IMG/VR virus record: IMGVR_UViG_3300011737_000031 | Span: 1-26,231 of that record | Length of the DNA: 26,231 bases | DNA from: a virus | Direction: 5' to 3' (one strand) | Shown: piece by piece, positions 22,937 through 26,231 of the stretch | Layout: every line of letters begins with the position of its first letter | Numbering within the stretch: position 1 is the first letter of the stretch | Program-made: the position numbers and the translations under genes | The notes under the pieces: generated by a model | The model's input: the letters and a program-made list of their open reading frames with translations, nothing else | Databases searched by the model: none | Told to the model about the DNA's origin: nothing

Positions 22937-23269
22937 ATGGCTATTAAAGAAAGAGTATTAATTCGTAAACCAGAAGCTAATCCAGCTCTTTTGGATGAAT
23001 TAATAAAGACAGCTTTGGACCGAATTAATCTAAGATTAGGCGTTACGCTTCTTCCCATTGAACTTGAATCTGTAGCAGTCGAAGTTGTTTGTGCAATGTA
23101 TAATAGGTCTCAATCCAGCAATGAAGGGATTGTATCAGAGAATGTAGATACGTTTTCTGTCACTTTTGTTGATGATGTTTTAGCAGAGTATGAGACTGAT
23201 TTAGCTAGATATCTCGAAATGAAAAACAAACAAGATAACGGAAATAGGGGAGTGGTGAGGTTCTTATGA
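22937..23269 (+). CDS. Head-tail connector (gp6/gp15-like adaptor)
   Basis: Position and size fit, and the N-terminal pattern is typical of phage gp6-like connectors (LLDELIKTALDRINLRLG). The track start TTG at 22928 is an alternative. Confidence 0.7.
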   Translation: MAIKERVLIRKPEANPALLDELIKTALDRINLRLGVTLLPIELESVAVEVVCAMYNRSQSSNEGIVSENVDTFSVTFVDDVLAEYETDLARYLEMKNKQDNGNRGVVRFL

Positions 23270-23586
23270 GATTCTATCCACTCTTTTTATATGCGAACCA
23301 ACAAATCGGAAGCGATCAGCTGAATAATCCTATTTATGAAAGAGTCTTAATAGGAGAATCAATTGGTCGTTTTTCTTCTTGGTCAGATAAAGAAGTAGCC
23401 TTGGATGCAAGAGAAGTAACGGTGAATAACCGTAAAATACTTACTCGTGCATCAAAAGCTGTCATATCTGAAGCTGACAAAGTAAAAATAAACGGGTTGT
23501 ATTATTCAATTAAAGATGTGACTGGTGACGACTTTGATCGATGGCGCTTAGTTATTGTTAATCGCTATGGAAGTGAGAAGCTGTGA
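23266..23586 (+). CDS. Head closure / stopper protein
   Basis: 106 aa. Its ATG overlaps the upstream stop. The call rests on synteny in SPP1/HK97-like head-tail joining modules. Confidence 0.65.
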   Translation: MRFYPLFLYANQQIGSDQLNNPIYERVLIGESIGRFSSWSDKEVALDAREVTVNNRKILTRASKAVISEADKVKINGLYYSIKDVTGDDFDRWRLVIVNRYGSEKL

Positions 23587-23921
23587 GAATAACCATTGAG
23601 GGAGCAGATAAGCTAGCTAGGAAGTTGTTGGATAAAAGTGAAACTGACTTTATCGCTGTTTCTCAAAAGAATGCTCGAGAGATTTATGCCAGGTCTCAAC
23701 GTGCTGGAGGTACTCCTGTTGGAGAAACAGCTCAACTTAGGCTATCAGCTAGGTATCAAGGCGATGAAGTAGGCTACGGTGTCCATTATGCTCCTCACGT
23801 TGAATATGGTCATCGTTTAGTAAATGGTGGATATGTACCAGGTCAGTACTTTTTAAAACAAAATGTTGATACGCAGCGCCCTATTTATAAGCAAGACCTA
23901 TTAGAAAAAATAAGGGAGTAA
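23583..23921 (+). CDS. HK97 gp10-like tail component
   Basis: MRITIEGADKLARKL...HYAPHVEYG is characteristic of the HK97 gp10 family. There is a GTGA overlap with the previous gene. Confidence 0.72.
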   Translation: MRITIEGADKLARKLLDKSETDFIAVSQKNAREIYARSQRAGGTPVGETAQLRLSARYQGDEVGYGVHYAPHVEYGHRLVNGGYVPGQYFLKQNVDTQRPIYKQDLLEKIRE

Positions 23922-23927
23922 TGCCAG

Positions 23928-24335
23928 ATGTTACAAAAATTATCGTTCATATCAGTGCTCGCTGCAGTTATTCAGAAAGTGGAGGATAACACAGATTTAC
24001 GCTGTTATGATGCTGTTCCAAAAGATAATCTTGTACCTTATTATCACGTTGAAATGCTTGGCTCTATTCCGGAAAAAAGCAAAACGATGCAGAAAGATAG
24101 ATATCAGGTGGTTATCCATGCTCACACAGAAGGTGGCGGATCCACCGAAATATTCGAAGCAATCCAAAAACTTGAGGAAGCCTTAACGGAAGACATTGAG
24201 TTGCAAGGTGAGTATGAGGTAACGCTACAGGTACCAAATGGAGTATCTCAAATATTGGACGAAGCAGACGGAACAAAGCACGCTGTAGTAGGCTATGATT
24301 TCGTTGTTTTTTCAGGCTATAAAATGAAAATATAG
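23928..24335 (+). CDS. Tail terminator / tail-to-head joining protein
   Basis: 135 aa, immediately upstream of the major tail gene. The call rests on synteny only. Confidence 0.55.
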   Translation: MLQKLSFISVLAAVIQKVEDNTDLRCYDAVPKDNLVPYYHVEMLGSIPEKSKTMQKDRYQVVIHAHTEGGGSTEIFEAIQKLEEALTEDIELQGEYEVTLQVPNGVSQILDEADGTKHAVVGYDFVVFSGYKMKI

Positions 24336-24346
24336 GAGGGCTAAAT

Positions 24347-24823
24347 ATGAGCCAAACTTTATATACAGAACTATCAGGCAAACTAAACAAAGCTATCGCA
24401 GGTAAAGATATCCTGTTGTCTATTTGGGATACAACAGGTAGCGTATTATTAGCAATAGCAGGCCAGCAAGGTCTTACGATTAACCGTGATAAAGATACAA
24501 TTGAGGTCACATCGAAGGATTCGGACGGCTGGAAACAATTCATTGTCGGATTGAAAGAATGGTCCGTAGATAACGATGGTGTATATGTTCGAGATCATGA
24601 ATCACATAAAAAACTGAAAGCCCTTTTTGAAAGTGACGATCCATTTCTAATTAAGGTTACGAATCAAAAAACACAAACGGATATGTTTGGCGGTTTAGCC
24701 TTACTAACATCCTACCCAATTGAAGCACCATACGATGATGCTGTTACTTACACCATCTCGCTACAAGGAACGGGAGCACTAGTTGATTTAGAAGATGAAG
24801 ATAATGCAACACCAGAAGCATAA
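24347..24823 (+). CDS. Major tail protein (TP901-1/phi13-like)
   Basis: 158 aa with SD AGGAGGG. It contains LAIAGQQGLTINRDKDTIEVTSKDS...W and lies upstream of the chaperone pair. Confidence 0.82.
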   Translation: MSQTLYTELSGKLNKAIAGKDILLSIWDTTGSVLLAIAGQQGLTINRDKDTIEVTSKDSDGWKQFIVGLKEWSVDNDGVYVRDHESHKKLKALFESDDPFLIKVTNQKTQTDMFGGLALLTSYPIEAPYDDAVTYTISLQGTGALVDLEDEDNATPEA

Positions 24824-24840
24824 ATAAGGGAGGAAATTAA

Positions 24841-25143
24841 ATGTTTACAGTTAACGACGTAGTATACACTTTAAAATATAATAAGCAAAAATTAAAAACG
24901 ATTGAATTAGTTACAAAAACAAGTATTGTGGGTGAGGTAACAAAGAATAATGGAATCATGCCTTACGCCACGTTAGAGTCTCTTTTTTCACTTGCTTTGG
25001 TAGAAGAATCAACTAATGAGGTTGTTAAACAAAGTAAAGCAGTTGAAATGTTTGATAAGATAGTCGATGAGAATGGGCTTATTACCGTAAATATGGCCAT
25101 TGTGGAAAAACTTCAGGATGATTTGGGGTTTATGTTCCGTTAG
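24841..25143 (+). CDS. Tail assembly chaperone (G-like)
   Basis: 100 aa with SD GGGAGGAA. It lies between the major tail and tape measure genes. Confidence 0.7.
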   Translation: MFTVNDVVYTLKYNKQKLKTIELVTKTSIVGEVTKNNGIMPYATLESLFSLALVEESTNEVVKQSKAVEMFDKIVDENGLITVNMAIVEKLQDDLGFMFR

Positions 25144-25160
25144 AGCTAATCGAAAGTGAT

Positions 25161-25577
25161 TTGCCTAACGATTATAATCCAACCCCTGCAGATATGAAAA
25201 AAGCAGAATTAGCTAAGTCTTTCAGAGATGAAATGGACTTGGCTTTTTTTGTTGTTCAAATTGGTCTATCTCCATTCGAATACAGGATGTTAACGGAAAA
25301 AGAAAAGATGTTTATTCGTAAAGAACATGAGAATAAGTTTTTACACAATACTACATGGCTACGTAATGCAGTGCTTAATGCAGAAGCAAATATAAACCGT
25401 AAAAAGGGCAAGAAGTTTATTGATTTATTCCCTAAAAAGGCACACAAAGTTGATAAGGATTATAACGAAAATGCGGTTAAAAATATCCTAGGCATGGAAG
25501 AGAAAAAAGGAAAGTCATGGGTAGAAAAAATATTCAAAGCAAATCGAGTGAAATCTCCTGAGAAGGGAGGTAATTAG
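25161..25577 (+). CDS. Tail assembly chaperone T-like extension, probably made as a G-T fusion by -1 frameshift
   Basis: This frame is -1 relative to 24841..25143 and is open from 25122, overlapping the G ORF end by 22 nt. The stand-alone TTG start at 25161 has only a weak SD. Confidence 0.6.
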   Translation: MPNDYNPTPADMKKAELAKSFRDEMDLAFFVVQIGLSPFEYRMLTEKEKMFIRKEHENKFLHNTTWLRNAVLNAEANINRKKGKKFIDLFPKKAHKVDKDYNENAVKNILGMEEKKGKSWVEKIFKANRVKSPEKGGN

Positions 25578-26231
25578 ATGGCAGATTATACGTTAAGTGC
25601 TAAGATAACCGGTGATGCCAGTGGTTTTACTCGTGCTTTTCAGAGTGCGAACGAAACACTTAATAACCTATCTGAAAAGACAAAAGCTGTCGGAGAGAAA
25701 ATCAGTGATTTTGGTAAAAAGACAGCTGTGGCAGGAGCTGCTATTACTGCAGGTATTACCACTCCCTTTGTTGGAGCCATTAAGATGACAGCTGACTTCG
25801 ATAGTGCAATGAGGAAGGCAGGAGCTATCGCTGGGGCAAGTGCAACGGAGTTAGACTTGATGACTAAAGCTGCATTAGATTTAGGTGCTAGTACATCATT
25901 ATCAAGTAGCGAAGTAGCAATTGCCATGACGGATATGGCCGCAAAAGGTTTTGACGCGAACCAGGTTATTGCGGCTATGCCGGGCGTGATCGCTGCAGCT
26001 GAGGCATCAGGTGAGGATTTAGCGTTAACTGCCAATACCGTTGCTGCTGCTTTAAATGGATTCCAGTTAAAAGCTGAGGATTCTGGAAAAGTTGCTGATA
26101 TTTTAGCGATGGCAGCCAATAAAACCGCAGCTGGTGTAAGTGATATGAGTTATGCCTTTAAGTATGCCGCTGCTCCTGCTGCAAGCTTAGGAATCAGTAT
26201 AGAAGAATTATCAGCAGCAACAGGTTTAATG
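25578..26231 (+). CDS. Tail tape measure protein (5' part; truncated by the window end)
   Basis: ATG lies 7 nt after GAAGGGAGG. The frame is open to the end of the window (218 codons). The sequence ...MRKAGAIAGASATELDLMTKAALDLGASTSLSSSEVAIAMTDMAAKGF...YAFKYAAAPAASLGISIEELSAATGLM is the conserved TP901-type tape measure core. This ORF is absent from the track because it has no stop. Confidence 0.9.
   Translation, partial: MADYTLSAKITGDASGFTRAFQSANETLNNLSEKTKAVGEKISDFGKKTAVAGAAITAGITTPFVGAIKMTADFDSAMRKAGAIAGASATELDLMTKAALDLGASTSLSSSEVAIAMTDMAAKGFDANQVIAAMPGVIAAAEASGEDLALTANTVAAALNGFQLKAEDSGKVADILAMAANKTAAGVSDMSYAFKYAAAPAASLGISIEELSAATGLM

Larger units (their letters stand above)
1..26231. mobile_element. 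Temperate siphovirus-type prophage/phage genome segment, from the integrase through the 5' part of the tape measure gene
   Basis: Canonical modular order: integrase and repressor on the - strand, then cro-like, replication, late regulator, terminase, portal, capsid and tail genes on the + strand. Genes are tightly packed, with many ATGA/TAATG/TGATG start-stop overlaps. Confidence 0.9.

Noticed and set aside
25640-26119. 159-aa Ala-rich ORF on the - strand
   Set aside because: It lies entirely antisense to the conserved tape measure reading frame (25578 onward). Its composition is the mirror of the Ala/Gly/Ser-rich tape measure codons, it has no SD, and no other - strand gene lies in the late region.
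1-26231. Search by eye for tRNA, rRNA, attachment-site repeats, toxin-antitoxin pairs or known defence systems
   Set aside because: I saw no cloverleaf-like or rRNA-like segments. The attachment site should lie left of the integrase, outside the window. I recognised no defence-system signature domains.

Overview
The window is the left ~26 kb of a temperate siphovirus-type prophage or phage genome from a low-GC Gram-positive (Bacillales-like) host. Almost all genes are on the + strand. The order is as follows. (1) Lysogeny module on the - strand: a large serine recombinase, then a CI/LexA-like repressor that is interrupted by an in-frame TAA. (2) A divergent-promoter switch with three copies of a 17-bp operator, followed by a Cro-like HTH gene. 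(3) A run of tiny early ORFs, several shorter than the ORF-track cutoff. (4) A PolA-type replication module: Cas4-like DUF2800 nuclease, DUF2815 SSB-like protein, family A DNA polymerase, an accessory block (Zn-finger/HTH protein, MazG-like protein, SpoVK/CbbX-type AAA+ ATPase), VirE-type primase-helicase, an iteron array that is a candidate origin, VRR-NUC nuclease and SNF2 helicase. (5) An ArpU/sigma-region-4-like late regulator, followed by a consensus promoter and an intrinsic terminator directly upstream of the late genes. (6) Packaging, head and tail genes: TerS, TerL, SPP1-type portal, a low-GC orphan ORF, MuF/gp7 protein, scaffold, major capsid, connectors, major tail, G/T chaperones, and the 5' part of the tape measure gene, which runs off the window. 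No rRNA, tRNA or CRISPR array was seen. The observations most worth follow-up are these. The repressor carries a nonsense codon. The late operon has a promoter-then-terminator arrangement, which suggests antitermination or a short sRNA. A 9-copy iteron cluster with an AT-rich element lies after the primase-helicase gene. The scaffold and the capsid both carry an L27-like LxLQFFA N-terminal motif and no prohead protease gene is present. A SpoVK-like AAA+ protein with an N/Q-rich insertion sits in an accessory island. A low-GC orphan ORF lies between the portal and MuF genes. All functional calls come from my own motif recognition and gene order, not from database searches.
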